Source of the DNA: Malacoraja senta
Taxonomy: Eukaryota
NCBI GenBank assembly: GCA_038087875.1
Contig: CM075988.1
Coordinates: forward strand, 2,170,001 to 2,234,000
Reading direction: 5' to 3'
DNA: 64,000 nt
The first letter of the stretch is position 1; each line of letters starts with the position of its first letter. Both the position numbers and the translations under genes were made by a program. Of the stretch, positions 1 through 12,590 are shown piece after piece. The notes beneath the pieces were generated by a model that was not told where the DNA came from, searched no databases, and was given only the letters and a program-made list of their open reading frames with translations.

Positions 1-119
1 TATGAAAGTTTCCCAATCCTCTGACCCGCTGAGTAATTACTGCGGTTATTAAGACAAATGTAAGACTGGGTATTCTGTGCTAAATTACTTGCCTCCTCAC
101 ATCTCACACTCTTTCCATC

Positions 120-330
120 ATCCCAAAAGTGCACGTCAGTACTGTGGTGGAATATGTTCCATTTGCTTGGATGAGTGAAACCCTCTCAATACTCAAGAAG
201 TTTGATATCCATGACAGAGAAGTATTGAGAATGGGCTGCTCTGAACTTGAATCCTACCAGCATGGTGCACCATAGTTGACGTGCGGGTGCAACACTACTC
301 CCATCAGCTGCAGGATGCAGTAAACACTCA
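120..330 (+). mobile_element. Degenerate LINE (CR1/L2 group) ORF2 C-terminal fragment
   Basis: Decayed match to a KAQVRSVMEYSPLAWMS..TLKKLD-like coding stretch (aaagtgcacgtcagtactgtggtggaatatgttccatttgcttggatgagt). A related piece lies at about 55945-56060. Confidence 0.55.
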
Positions 331-397
331 TTGCCTCGGGGTGGTGCTGCTGAGTACACAGGCACAGTACCACACACTGCCAGGCAGTGGCAGTGCA

Positions 398-1081
398 GAT
401 AGACAAAAAATGCTGGAGTAGGTCTGCAGGACAGGCAGCATCTCTGGAGAGAAGGAATGGGTGACGTTTCGGTTCGAGACCCATCTTCAGACTGAGAGTC
501 GGGGAGAGGGAGACGTAGACATATGGAAGGGTAAGGTGTGAAAACAAGAGATCAAAAGGGACGATGCTCATGGAAAATGTAGAATAGATCATTATTAGCT
601 GAAGGGAAGGTGACAACGAGGCATACAATCAGTTAAATGTAATCAGGAGGGCAGTCAAACTAGTCAGAGAATTAGGATGGGCAGGCTTGGAGAGAGAGGG
701 AAAGCAAGGGTTATTTGAAGTTCAATATTCATATCGCTGGGTTTTAAGCTGCCAAAGCAAAATATGAGGCGCTGTTCCTCCAATTTGCATTGGGCCTCAC
801 TCTGACAGGAGGAGGAGGCCCAGGACAGCAAGGTCAGTGTGGGAATTGGAGGGGGAAATTGACGTTTTAGCAACCGAGAGATCACGTAGGTCCAGGCGGA
901 CTGAGCGGAGGTGTCCAACAAAATGATCGCCGAGCCTGCGCTTGGTCTCGCCGATATATAGGAGTCCACACCTGGAACAGCGGATACAATAGATGAGTTT
1001 GGAGGAGGTGCAAGTGAACCTCTACCTCACCTGAAAGGACTGTCAGGGTCCTTGGACAGAGTCGAGGGAGGAGGTAAAGGG
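398..1081 (-). mobile_element. Penelope-like element 3' part (GIY-YIG region and terminal repeat)
   Basis: Minus strand reads FTCTSSKLIYCIRCSRCGLLYIGETKRRLGDH, a GIY-YIG motif, with stops and frameshifts. The terminus AGACAAAAAATGCTGGAGTA...GCAGCATCTCTGGAGAGAAGG is shared with other PLE copies in the window. Confidence 0.9.
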
Positions 1082-1741
1082 ACTCAACTCCGTCGAAGGA
1101 CCCCTAACTGTCTTGTGTTCCTTAAATTTGTGATCTTTTATTTCGATTAAAATAGGCATCTCTCCTCTGCAATTTAAGAAAGGTAAGAGGGAAACCAAGG
1201 AACAGTTTATTTTACAGTAATGCTGGTACAGCACAGTGACACAGTCCGACAGCTCCATTTTCACAATCTTCCTGTGGACAAAGTCAGTCAATTTTATTTG
1301 TCACATGCACCCAAAGGTGCAGTGAATGAATTTGCCAGCAGCGATACACTTAAAAGAACACACAATACACAATAAAACATCCACCACAGCATTCTTCACT
1401 GTGGTGGAAGGCAACAAAGTTCAGCCAGTCCTCCTCCTTTGTTCACCCGTGGTCGGGGCCATAAATCCTCCGTAGTTGCCGCTACAGATGGCCCGATGTA
1501 CAGGCCCACTCATCGGGATGATCCAAACTCCGACATCGGAACGGTCAAACACACTCCGCGGCTTCTGGATAATATAGGCTGCGGGCCGGCGGTCAGAGTT
1601 CTTCTCCAGCGATCCCTGCAATGGATCTCAGGCTCCGGATGGTAAGGCCACGCCACGCCCACGGCTAGAAGCTCCGTAGACCACAGCCTCCACGGTACCA
1701 AAGTCACCAAGCCAGCGATCGGAGCACTCCTCTCTGGCGAC

Positions 1742-2825
1742 CAGGGCCAGCCTTAGGAGGTGCGGGGCCCAATTGGGAACAATTTTGGTGAGCCCCAGGT
1801 CCCAGCCAAGGTCTGTAGAATCATAGAAATATAAATAAAGTCTATTATAGACTTTATATCTCTACGGTAGAATGGAAAGTAATCAAAATGTGCGCTTAAA
1901 CAGTGCCTGCGAGTTAATGGACCAAACAGATCTAAGCTAATTTTAATATCAAATTGCATACATGTAAGCCTACAAGTAACAAACAAAATTGTAGATCACC
2001 TCTGAAAAGTACATAGTTACAATACCACTTGTTTTAGTGACTGTGAAATGAAAAAAAGTAATTTAATTTACTGGATCCTGGTAAACCAATAACCATTGGT
2101 GAAAAACTAGTCCAGGCATTAAATTTTGGGCTTCAGCCCATCTTACCCTTTGGGCTTCCACCCATCCTAACTTAGTTGTGTGTGTGTGTAGTTGTGTGTG
2201 TGTTAGTTGTCTGTGCGTGATGTGCATGGGAGGGAAGGAGAGAAGGGAGGGAGGGAGCGAAGGGAGGAAGGAGGGAAGGGAGGGAGTGGAGTAAGAAGGG
2301 AGGGAAGTAAAGAAAGAAGAGAGGGAGGAAAGGAGAGAAAGAAGGAGGGAGGGAAGGAGAGAAGGGAGAAGAGAGAGTGGAAGGCGGGAGGGATGGAGAG
2401 AAGGGAGAAAGGGAAGGAGAGAAGGGAGGGAGAGAGAGGGCCGGCGGCAGGAGCGGATGCCGGGGTCCGGGCGGACGGGTGTGAGCTGAGACCGAGGTTT
2501 GTAAACGTTGCTCCAACCCCCGGCCCGGCCCTCCCTGTATTGTTCACTGCATCTCCCTGGGGAGAGAGAGGGGGGGAGCCGGGGCTGTGTGTGTGAAACA
2601 CGGCGACTGGAGAGGCGGGAGCGATGCCCCGGGACTGTGAGGGAACGACCCACCTCCCCTCACCCCCTTCTCCATTCACCCCTCACATCCCCCTCCCTGT
2701 CTACCCTTTTCTTCCCCCTCCACCCCTGTACTCACTCTCCCCCCTCCACCCGGGGAGCGCGGGGCCCCCTTAGGCGCAGGGCCGAATTGGGACCAATTTG
2801 TCAAATTGGCTTAAGGCCGGACCTG
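1742..2825. mobile_element. Non-autonomous hAT DNA transposon
   Basis: TIRs CAGGGCCAGCCTTAGG and (rc) CAGGTCCGGCCTTAAG. Exact 8-bp TSD CTGGCGAC at 1734-1741 and 2826-2833. Confidence 0.9.
2228..2440 (+). repeat. Purine-rich (GGA/GA) low-complexity tract inside the hAT element
   Basis: Almost pure G/A run; explains the spurious S/L/P-rich ORFs. Confidence 0.85.
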
Positions 2826-3374
2826 CTGGCGACCCCCAGCAAGGGTTCGCCCGCTCCGCGATGGAAAGCCCACGCTGCGCCTGCTGCTGATGCTCCGGGC
2901 CCAACTCCGGAAAAGGCCGCTCCAATCCATGCTGTTAGGCCACGAGGGAGGCGACATGGAAAAAGTCGTCTCTCCATGGATGAGGCGAACGAAAACGGTT
3001 TCCCCCTTTCTCCCCCCCCCCTCACCAACTCCCACACAAGACACACCGAGAGACACCTAAACTAACATTAGACACACCAAAGAAACCAAAAAAAGTCAAA
3101 ATAACAAACACGCTGCTGGCAGGGCAGCCGACTCGCAGCGCCCACACCATGAGTTCTCCAGATTCTTCCCTCATCCTAATGACCTGCAGCTTAGTGAGTT
3201 AATCAGTTACTGTAAATTATCCCAGTGCAGCTGGGAGTGGGAGAATTGGGGAGTGTTCATTACCATGCAGGTGAGAACATAAAAACATAGAAAATAGGTG
3301 TAGTAGTAGGCCATTCGGCCCTTCGAGCCAGCTGATGATATGAAATCAGTACCCCGTTCCTGCTTTTTCCCCAT

Positions 3375-3724
3375 GGCCTGTCCCACTTGGCGATTTTTTC
3401 GGCAATTGCCAGTGTCATTGACTGACGTATCAGGGTCGCCAAAAGATTTTGAACATTTCAAAATCCAGCGGCGACAAAATGTTTTTAAATTTACAGTAAC
3501 TGATTAACTCACTAAGTTGCAGGTCATTAGGATGAGGGTGGAATCTGGAGAACCCATGGTGTCCACAGGAAGAATGTGAAAACTCCACACAGATCAAGTT
3601 TGAACACTGGAGCTGTGGGGCTTCAACGCTACACGCCGCATCACGCCACGACTTCTTCAGTGACCTGATACGTCAGTCAATTATGCCGGCTGTCGCCGAA
3701 AAATCACCAAGTGGGACAGGCCCT
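3375..3724. mobile_element. PIF/Harbinger-like MITE (GGCCTGTCCCACTT TIR family)
   Basis: TIRs GGCCTGTCCCACTTGG..GATTTTT and AAAAATCACCAAGTGGGACAGGCCCT, followed by TAA. Same family as 8472-9165 and 57363-57646. Confidence 0.8.
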
Positions 3725-4347
3725 TAACTCGCTCTTGAAAACATCCAGTGAATTGAGCTCCACTGCCATCTGTGGCAGAGAATTCCACAGATTCACAACT
3801 CTCTGGGTGGAAATGTTTTTCCTCATCTAAGTCCTAAATGGCCAACTCCTTATTCTTAAACTGTGACCCTGGTTCAGGACTCCCCCAACATCGGAAACAT
3901 TTCTCCTGCATCTAGCTTGTCCAATCTTTTAAAAAATTAATTTGTTTCTTTAAGATCACCTCTCATCCTTCTAAATTCCAGTGAATACAAGCCCAGTCGA
4001 CCCATTCTTTCATATGTCAGTCCCGCCATCCCGGGAATTATCCTGGTGAACCTATGCTGCACTCCCTCAATAGACAATAATATCCTTCATCAAATTAGGA
4101 GACCAAATTGCACAACAATGCTCCAGGTGCAGTCTCACAAGGGCCCTGAACAACTGCAGTAGGACCTCCTTGCTTCTAAACTCAAATCCTCTCGCAATGA
4201 AGGCCAACAATGAAGATTTCTTCACTGCCTGCTGTAGCTGCATGCTTACTTTCAGTGACTGATGGACAAGCACACCCAGGTCTCATTGCACCTCCCCTTT
4301 TCCTAATCTGACACCATTCAGATAATAATCTGCCTTCCTATTCTTGC

Positions 4348-5293
4348 CAGGGGTGTGAAATCCCGGGGGGGGGGGGTGCAGGGGGATCGTCCCCCACCTG
4401 TTTGAGAGGTGGGGGTCTATTCCCCCCCCCCCCATTTTTGTAACCCGGAATTTAAAACTCGGTGAAATCTCTGCTTTCCGCGAGACAGTGGGGGTGGGAC
4501 TGATGATCGAGGGCGCCGATTGGACGAGAGAGATGTCGGTCAGCATGCAATGGGGGGTACCATGATGATTCAGCGCGATGATTGCAGGAGGGAGGTGAGG
4601 GTCAGAGGCGGATGTAGGGGGTGGGACTGAGGATAGAGCGCGGTGATTGAGGAGGGAGACGTCCTGGTGGAGCAAAGATCAGAGAGCGGAGCTTGAATTG
4701 CATGCCCAGGTCATAGGTCACAAGCGAAAAACACTCTGGGCAGCCCTGGACACAGACCTGTGCCTCATCCGTAGGCAGGATTGATCCTGGGTCTCCAGCG
4801 CTGCAATCGCTGCCAAACCGCCACTGGACAATCCCCGTCCCCACCCGAGTGCCCCTCCACGCCCGGGGGTGGCCAGAGACGTCTGGAGTCAGACGGGAGC
4901 AGTGCCCCCAGGCCCACAGCCAGCGCAGAGAAGCAGCGCTAAATCCAGCTCAACTCTGTCTGCCCGCCAGGTTAACCTACAGCCCTGCCTGGACTTCTGG
5001 GAACGACGGTCCAGGCTTACGGCCCACGCGGAGAAGCAGCGCTAGCTTCACGGCTCCAGACTGGTGTCCCGTCAGCCCAGGCAGGGCTGTAGGTTAATCG
5101 GCGAGACAGGCAGAGTTGAGCTTCTCCGCACTGGCCGTAAGCCTGGGCCGTCGTTCCCTTAATTACCGTCCACAGGGCCCACGGCTGAAGCCTCGCGTGT
5201 GTGTGTGAGTGAGTGTGCGCATGCGCGCGCGGCCGCCAAGGAATTGTGTCTCCCCCGGTCCCCCCCATGTTTTGATAGAGATTTCCATGCCTG
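4348..5293. mobile_element. Non-autonomous hAT-like DNA transposon
   Basis: Imperfect TIRs CAGGGGTGTGAAATC and (rc) CAGGCATGGAAATC. 8-bp TSD ATTCTTGC/GTTCTTGC (7/8). Contains an internal inverted repeat at about 4920-5135 and a tRNA-SINE-like piece at about 4740-4835. Confidence 0.8.
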
Positions 5294-5499
5294 GTTCTTG
5301 CCACCAGAGTGGAATAATTTACAGGAAAATAAATGAGAGCTGGGGATTGATGGGATTCTCTGTGGGTTGGCATCTACTCTATGGGTTGAAAGGCCTCCTT
5401 TTCTGTCAGCAGAAAATTTAAAGTTACTATGGAGTATCTACATAAGGATAAAATGAATGATCATTTAAAAATTGTACTTGATTAGGAAACCAGCATAGA

Positions 5500-5900
5500 C
5501 TTGCAAACTGTTACTTTTTCTGATGAGCCAGGTTGAATTTAATGGAATGAATAGCTAAAGCAGTGGACAGGGGAAGTCAGTGCTGGCTATTTACATGGAT
5601 GTCCAGAAGCGTTTAATAAATTCCATCTTTGGAGTCTGTGGCTAAATCCAAAACTCATAGAATTTAACGAGACAGTCACCTCATTCGGAAATTGACCTTG
5701 TGAGAGAACACAGAGAATCACAACTATATGACAGGTATTTCATTCGATAGGATATCTGACTGATGGGCCCCATAATGGCCGAAGATGAATTGCAACTATT
5801 TGCTATAAATACAAATTATTCAGACACCAGGATAGGTAGCCATTATCTACGTCTACCAAAGGCACCAGATAGAGCATAGTGGTAGTAAATAATTAAGAGA
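5500..5900 (+). mobile_element. Highly decayed CR1 RT fragment
   Basis: gtggacaggggaagtcagtgctggctatttacatggatgtccagaagcgtttaataaattcca resembles VDRGEPVDVIYMDFQKAFDKVP. Confidence 0.55.
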
Positions 5901-5999
5901 GGTTGTGATTTGGTAAAACAGGCATTTATTTTAATTAGTTTACTGGATTAGACATGACTGGCTTGACATGCATTTACTTACTCCTCACAGGCCCTGAAC

Positions 6000-6250
6000 T
6001 GGGCCACTTCAGAGAGTAGTTAAGATTCAACCACATCATTCTGAGTCAGGTGCCACATGTGGGCAGATGGGGTAAGGCTCTGAAAGACAATTTGATGATG
6101 TCATGGTCAACGCAACTGATGATAGTTATTTTTGTATATTCCAGAATCATTTAAATGCTTGCATTTAAAATTCCCAGTTGCCATGTTGGAACTCAAATAT
6201 TCATGAAGATCGATAGTGCAGGATATTAATTCAGTAACTTTACCCCAGAT
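6000..6250 (-). mobile_element. Old SINE of a second family
   Basis: Reverse-complement similarity to 15520-15800 and 27360-27590. Confidence 0.5.
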
Positions 6251-7244
6251 GGCATGTAACAGCTACACTGTACAGTCTAATGTATAAAATTTGTAGATTA
6301 TGCACAGCAAGGAAATGTGATAAACTTTTGAAGACATGCAATTGAATCATTCAGTTTAAGAGGCAGTTAGATGGACTCTTAAGTAGGCACAGCATTAAAG
6401 CGTGCGGTCCAAGTGCAGGCAATCGGATTAGTATACATGAGCAAAAAGATCAGCATGGATGTGCCCGGCCGAAGAGCCCATTTCTGTGCTGTACGACTCG
6501 ATGATTGAGTAGCGGACTGGAGGAAGGAGGCTGGTGGAACGGCAAACAGACAGCAGATCATGAAAAAATATATTTAAGCAGAAAGGAAAAAGATGAAATG
6601 ATAATTTTCAAAATGATAAAAGTGTGGGGACTGATGTCCCGCTAACTATGCATAACCATGTGAAAGTGGCACAGTATGTTGAGAGAGTGGTTAGTAAAGC
6701 ACATGAGCTATTAGGATTCATTAGTAGAGTACAAAAGAAAGGCGATTTTGTCAAATCTCTACAGCACCTTTTGGACATAACTAGGTTTTTGTCTAAAAGT
6801 TTGGTTATCACGTTTTGTAAATGTAGACGTTTCAGCAGGAGAAGAACAGACTTCCTGGAATAGTTTTAAGGAGAATGTGAGAGATTTGAGAAGCTGGTGT
6901 TGTTCTCCTCAGGAGCAAGAACATGAGAAGGAATTTCACATAGGCACACAAAAGTGTGACAAATTTAAATATAGTAACAAGAGGGAAACAGTTCCATTAG
7001 TGGTTGGGCAGAGGACACAGTTAATGTGATTGGCAAAAAAAACTGGGAATTGTGAAGTTATAGAATGCACTGCCTGAGGATTGAATGCAGACACTCATGT
7101 GGTTCCCATCCACAGGAGGCACTGTGGCAATCCAGCTGGAGACCTTTTATAGCACTTGCTAAAGCTCTGAAATATAATGACTTGAAACGCAACAGCAGCA
7201 AATGCTTGGGAATACAATCATAGGAAACTTTGAGGATATGTAAT

Positions 7245-8110
7245 AGCGGTGCATTTGGAAAGCAGTGACAGGATCGGTCAAAGTCAGCATGGATTTATGA
7301 AGGGGAAATCATGTTTGACTAATCTGGAATTTTTGAGGATGTAACAAATAGAATGGATAAGGGAGAGCCAGTGGATATGGTGTATCTGGACTTTCAAAAA
7401 GCCTTTGACAAGGTCCACACAAGAGATTAGTGTGCAAAATTAGAGCACATGGTATTGGGGGTAGGGTATTGACATGGATAGAGAACTGGTTGGCAGACAG
7501 GAAACAAAGATTAGGAATTAACGAGTCCTTTCAGAATGGCAGGCAATGACTAGTGGGGTGACAAGGCTTGGTGCTGGGACGCAGTTATTTACAATATATT
7601 AATGATTAAGACAAAGGAATTAAATATAACATCTCCAAATTTGCGGATGATCCAAAGCTGGATGGGCAGTGTGAGCTGTGATGATGCTATGAGGCTGCAG
7701 GGTGACTTGGATAGGTTGGATGAGTGGGCAGATGCATGACAGATGCAGTGTAATGTGGATAAATGTGAGGATATCCACTTTCGTGGCAAGAACAAGAAGG
7801 CAGATTATTATCTGAATGGTGTCAGATTAGGAAAAGCGGAGGTGCACCGAGACCTGGGTGTCCTTGTACACCAGTCACTGAAAGTAAGCATGCAGGTACA
7901 GCAGGCAGTGAAGAAAGCCAATAGCATGTTGGCATTATAGCGAGAGGATTTCTGTATAGGAGCAAAGAGGTCCTACTGCAGTTGTACAGGGCCCTGATGA
8001 GACCGCATCTGGAGTATTGTGTGCAGTTTTGGATTCCTAATTTGAGGACGGTCATTTTTGCCATTGAGGGCCGAATGGTCTACTCCTGCACCTATTTTGT
8101 CTATTTCTAA
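7245..8110 (+). mobile_element. CR1 LINE RT fragment with tail (disrupted)
   Basis: QHGFMKGKSCLTNL, YLDFQKAFDKV, SKFADD and CNVDKCEDIHF motifs with frameshifts; CR1 tail at about 8068-8110. Confidence 0.9.
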
Positions 8111-8471
8111 GTTCTACAAGACTAAGTGGGACCCGTTGGGTCACATTCTCACACGGGAGGCCTGATCCCCCCCAACGCAATATTCCACCACTCACCCTTA
8201 GCCCCCAACGGCACAGGCACGGCTGACGGGTTCCCGTTGTGACACTCCTGATACCCCCTCACCCCCCCCCCACTCTGCCCCTTTCTCTTCAAACCCCCCC
8301 TTTAACACACACTCCATCCCCCCATCCATTCTTAGTGGTTCTCCGGCGGCGCAGCCATTCCCGCCCATTGGGTTCCCAATGTGACGTAGAATACGCAGGC
8401 ATTACTGCGCAGGCACAGCTGATTGCATGGCAAGTGGAAAAGGGATATATTAATGCTTAAAATGTGAATAA

Positions 8472-9165
8472 AGGGCCTGTCCCACTTACGTGTCCTTGGC
8501 ACACAAATTACGCAACCTCGTGGTCGCATTGAGGCGTACAGGCATCGTATGGCCGCGCGGGGCCGGTCCCATTTGGAAGCGTGGAGGGGTATGTAGTTGT
8601 GCGCGACATCGCGTGGGGTTCTGAAATTTTGTAGTGAACGAAATCTTCGTGCGCCAACGGCCTGTCGCGGAACTGATGGCTAAAGTGGGACAGGACCAAG
8701 ACCCTGGCGCGATGCAACGTCTCACCTCCAACAGCGGCAGAAGCAGGCAAACGATCACCGAACTCGGCCTGGGGCTCACGGCCGTTGCGGTCCGGATCCG
8801 CCCCCACTTATACTCTCAGAGCGGGGCCAAGAAAATTGAAGATTGTCACCAAAAGGTGGAGTAACTCAGCGGGACTGGCAGCATCTCTGGAGAGAAGCAA
8901 TGGGTGACGTTTCGGGTCAAGACCCTTCTTTTCAGACTGAAGAAGAGTCTCGACACGAAACGTCACCCATTGCTTCTCTCCAGAGATGCTGCCGGTCCCG
9001 CTGAGTTACTCCAGCTTTGTGTCCATCTTCAAATGATGTCACGCGCTCCAGACGGCTGTGCGTACGCATGTAATCGCGCCCGACCTTCGCGGGACCGTCG
9101 CGGCTCAACGTGACCATGAGGTTGCGTAATTTGCATGCCAAGGACACGTAAGTGGGACAGGCCCT
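8472..9165. mobile_element. PIF/Harbinger-like MITE inserted in the Helitron
   Basis: About 55-bp near-perfect TIRs AGGGCCTGTCCCACTTACGTGTCCTTGGCA..., flanked by TAA and TTA. The empty site aatgtgaaTAActctt is visible in the Helitron copy near 29185. Confidence 0.9.
8845..9030. mobile_element. Palindromic PLE terminal-repeat insertion with hammerhead-like motif
   Basis: Inverted pair of PLE termini centred near 8935; CTGAAGA...GAAACGTC at 8937-8964. Confidence 0.8.
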
Positions 9166-9396
9166 TTACTCTTAAAATACAACAACAATTTGAACGTTAA
9201 AGATGAGATCTATTCAGTTCAGTTCTTTCTTATTGCGTCTCTTGTTCCGTTCTGCTGCTCACTGCGTCTCGATGTCTCTTTGCTGTTGAAAAAAAAGACA
9301 CACAATTTTAATATAGACATTATTGAGGGGTCAAACTTTAACTTGAAGAAAATCTGAGAATTTACCTCAGAAGTCATCGTTCAACCAAGCACGCGT

Positions 9397-11760
9397 TTAA
9401 TGACAAGATGTTCCATCCTTCAGGAAAACTTTGACATTTTCCTTCACCTTTCCTCGGCTAAGAGCCACATATAGTTGTCCATGCTGAAATACTGGTTTCT
9501 TGAGGTATATTAACACTTTCTCCATGGTTTGCCCTTGCACTTTATGGATCGTCATAGCAAAACTTGACTGAATGGGGAATTGGTTCCACTGAAGGGAAAT
9601 ATCTTCGCCTTCTGTCAAATTCAGCATTATCCTAGGAATGAAAACAATGTCATCTTTGAAGGCTCCCATGTTGATTCTTGCAATGATCAGATTATTGTGT
9701 AGCTCTTCCACAATCATCCTCGTTCCATTGCATAGCTCTGGGGGTTCCAAGTTTCTCATTAACATGATCGGAGATCCTTTTTTCAACTCCAATTTGTGTG
9801 GTGGTAAACCAGAGATGTCGAATGAATCGAGGAATTCTGTTGGGAAGTGAGTAGCATCAGTTCCCTCAGTGACAGCATTGAAAGGAAAGCACTCCTTAAT
9901 GATTCCAGAGAAGCGTCTGATACATGGAGAATTGTTGCTTCTCATCGTATTGTTCTGCGGAACCAAGATACAATTGTCGGAGAATAATTCTACAGGATTG
10001 TCAAATGCTGGTTAGATGAAATCAAAACAATCCTCCAGTGTTTTTGCTGATTGAACCATGTCTTCTGGCATTTCAATTTCATCGTCTTTATTCTTTAAAA
10101 TCTCGTCTTCTCCAACTTTCAACAAAAATTGAGAATAGTCGCCTTCTCCCTCTTTCAATCGCATATTCGTCTGCAATTGAAACTTGGTGAAAAGTGTCCA
10201 CAAGTAGGATTTCTTGATGCAGGAATTTTCAACATCAGCATCATTTACCCTTTTCACTACAGGAAGGAGTTGTCAAAAATCACCACAACAAATGGTAAGA
10301 ATGCCTTCAAAAGCTTAGTGTTGGTGCGTACATCTTGAAGAGTTCTGTCCACCACTTCAAAGCTCTCCCCCCTAATCATTGGGCATTCATCCCAAACAAT
10401 GTGTTTCACTTGCCTCATCAAACGTGCCATGTTAGAGGTCTTCGCAATGTTGCAGAATGTATCCTCGGTCACTTGGATGGGTATCACCCGGAAGTGGCGG
10501 CACTGTCGAACAGCAGCGGCTCGCCTGCAGTGCGTCTGTTTTTACTTTTTTTATTGTTTTCTTTTGTCCTGTTTTAGTTACATTTTAGTTTATTGGGTTG
10601 TCTATATGTGGGGTGGGGGGGTGAAACATGATTTTTGTCTCTTCCTTCGGGGGAATGCGACTTTTTCTTATCGTATCCCCCTTCTCTGCCTCCGTCTGCG
10701 CCGAGGCCAAAATGGCAGAGCTGCCGGCCTCCAACTCCAATTGTGACCGACCGACCTCGAGGCTCCGGAGGCAGAGCCAGGACTTACCAGCGCGAGGCTG
10801 GCCAACTTCTGGGCTGCGGTGGCGTTCCGGCGGTGGCGACCGGGGACACTGGTGGCGACCTGAATCCGGAGGCTCGGCCGCGGGCCCGGTGGACGACATC
10901 GTCGGGAGTTCGCAGGTCACAGGTGGGTGACCTGTTTTTCTGGGACTCCCGCAACTACAGCTGCGTCCGTTGCACTGGAGGGCGGCGGCTTCGGCCACCC
11001 CGGGCCGCGGAGTTTGAACCGGACCGTCGCGGACGGAGCACGGATTCAGCCGCGGGACTGACTTACCATCACCCGGCGGGGTCACAACGTCAGAAGCCTG
11101 GATCGCCTCAGTGCAGAGGAAGAACAAAGAGGGAAGAGACAGAGACTTTAAGACGTTTGCCTCCATCACAGTGAGGAGGTGCCTGGTGAACTCACTGTGG
11201 TGGATGTTAATTTGTGTTGATTGTGTGTTTTGTTATTTATTATTATATGTATGACTGCAGGCAACGAAATTTCGTTCAGACCGAAAGGTCTGAATGACAA
11301 ATAAAGGAATCTCTAATCTTGGCATTAATTTAGTTGCTATCCCAGAGGATGCTGCAGCAAAAGCCACATCACCTTGACCTCTAACTTTGGAGAGGATCAA
11401 ATTGGTGATAAATGTTATTCCCGTTCCTCCTGGTGAATCAATGAAAAACATTGAAGGAAGATTCCTTTTCAAGCAGTTGCACACCTGGTCATACACTGCT
11501 CTCTGCTCAGCATTCAGCAGGGGCTCATTCTCCTCAACAAATTGATGTTGTTCAGTTCTATTTTATTGTAATTCCTGCAGCAATTCTGGATTGTCATCAT
11601 CAAGGTGCATCCTTCCATTTCGTGGTCGTGGCAAATGAAAGCATTCCATTGTTATGTTGTAATTCTCAAGCTTGTCTTGAATATACAACAGAGCCCGATC
11701 ATGATGCTTCTCTTCAATCATGATATTGGGATCACTCATTGTTCTCCATTCTTTGTACTT
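9397..11760 (-). pseudogene. Helitron RepHel helicase (Pif1/SF1B) fragment, frameshifted and interrupted
   Basis: FFIDSPGGTGITF (Walker A K>I), AASSGIA, IVWDECPM, LQTNMR, GLPPHKLELKKGSPIMLMRNL..LCNGTR, FAMTIHKVQGQT, HGQLYVALSR. Confidence 0.92.
10490..11319 (+). mobile_element. Non-autonomous GC-rich retroposon with Rex1-like 3' tail, inserted in the Helitron helicase
   Basis: Interrupts the helicase between SGIATKLMP and IPIQVTE. Carries the family motifs; tail gaaatttcgttcagaccgaaaggtctgaatgacaaataaa. Confidence 0.8.
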
Positions 11761-11764
11761 GAAG

Positions 11765-12370
11765 CGGGGGCTGTCGAGGGGGGGTGTGAGCGTCCTGCAG
11801 CTGGGGGAGGGGTATGGTTTGAGGCAGGGGCTGTCGGGAGCTGAAGAGAGGGGTGTGATCGTCCTGCAGCCGGGGGAGGGGGACGGCTTGAGGTGGGGGC
11901 TTTCGGCGGGGGGTGCTGCAGCCGAAGGAGGAGGGAGAGCGTCTGGCAGCTGGGGGAAGGGAATGGCAGCAGGCGGGGGCTGTCGGGGGGGTGAACGTCC
12001 TCCAGGCGGGGAGAGGGACGGCTTCAGGTGGGGGCTGTCGGGGGGGTGATGAGCGTCCTGCAGCCAGGGGAGGGGGACGACTTCAGGTGGGAGTCAGTGG
12101 GGTGGGGAAGCATACTGCAGCTGCGGGAGTCGGAGGGTTTCAGACAGGGGCCAGAGTGGGTGGCTTTCTGGAGGCCTAGTACAGGTGTTGTGGGCCGAAG
12201 GGGCACGTTTCTGGAGGGCTAGTACAGACATTGTTGACCGAATAGACTTTTCCTGGGCTAGTCGTGTAGCTGGGGACAGGGAGGGGGACTGCTTCAGGTG
12301 GGGGCCAGCAGGAGCATTCTGTAGCCAGGGAAGGGGGGAGGGGACGGCTTCAGGCAGCGGCCGGTTAGGG
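11765..12370. repeat. GC-rich degenerate tandem repeat (about 55-60-bp unit) inside the Helitron
   Basis: Recurrent gagcgtcctgcagc.gggggagggggacggcttcaggtgggggctgtcgg; the same unit occurs at 29280-29830. Confidence 0.8.
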
Positions 12371-12505
12371 GGGGGAGCGAGCGCTGCTGTGGCCTGCCGC
12401 TGCGTGGAGGGGGGGTGCGAGGGGAAGTGGGTGGGGGGTTATAGGCGGGAGGGGGTGTGTGGGCGGAGGTGGCAAACCGGAAGAGGACAAGATGAGAGTT
12501 TCAGG

Positions 12506-12590
12506 GACAGACAGACAGACAGACAGACAGACGGACGGACGGACGGACGGACGGACGGACAGACAGATAGATAGATAGATAGATAGATGG
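12506..12590 (+). repeat. Compound tetranucleotide microsatellite (GACA)n(GACG)n(GATA)n at the Helitron 5' end
   Basis: Direct reading. Confidence 0.95.

Larger units (their letters stand above)
1281..3146 (-). mobile_element. Non-autonomous GC-rich retroposon with Rex1-like 3' tail, interrupted by a hAT element
   Basis: Shares CGACTTTTTC and CCTTCCAYCACA..TGTGGTGGATGTT motifs with 10490-11319 and 16232-16872. Its tail CACTGCAC..ATGTGACAAATAAAATTGACTGACT resembles the Rex1 tail at about 44960-45025. Confidence 0.75.
3278..5310 (-). mobile_element. CR1 (HER1-like) LINE 3' fragment, interrupted by a MITE and a hAT
   Basis: Minus strand encodes DYYLNGVRLGKGEVQ / VHQSLKVSMQLQQAVKK / LLQLFRALVRLHLEHC. 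CR1 tail ggccgaatggcctactactacacctattttctatgtt. Sequence rejoins across 4348-5293. Confidence 0.9.
1220..5420 (+). mobile_element. Old V-SINE/HE1-like SINE split into three pieces (about 1220-1280, 3147-3277, 5311-5420) by nested insertions
   Basis: cttcctgtggaca|ccatgagttctccag rejoins across the 1281-3146 insertion. A SINE tail (atgggttgaaaggcctccttttctg) resumes after the CR1 insertion. Confidence 0.6.

Noticed and set aside
9397..9966. Host PIF1 helicase gene
   Set aside because: Intronless, frameshifted, Walker A mutated and bounded by Helitron termini.
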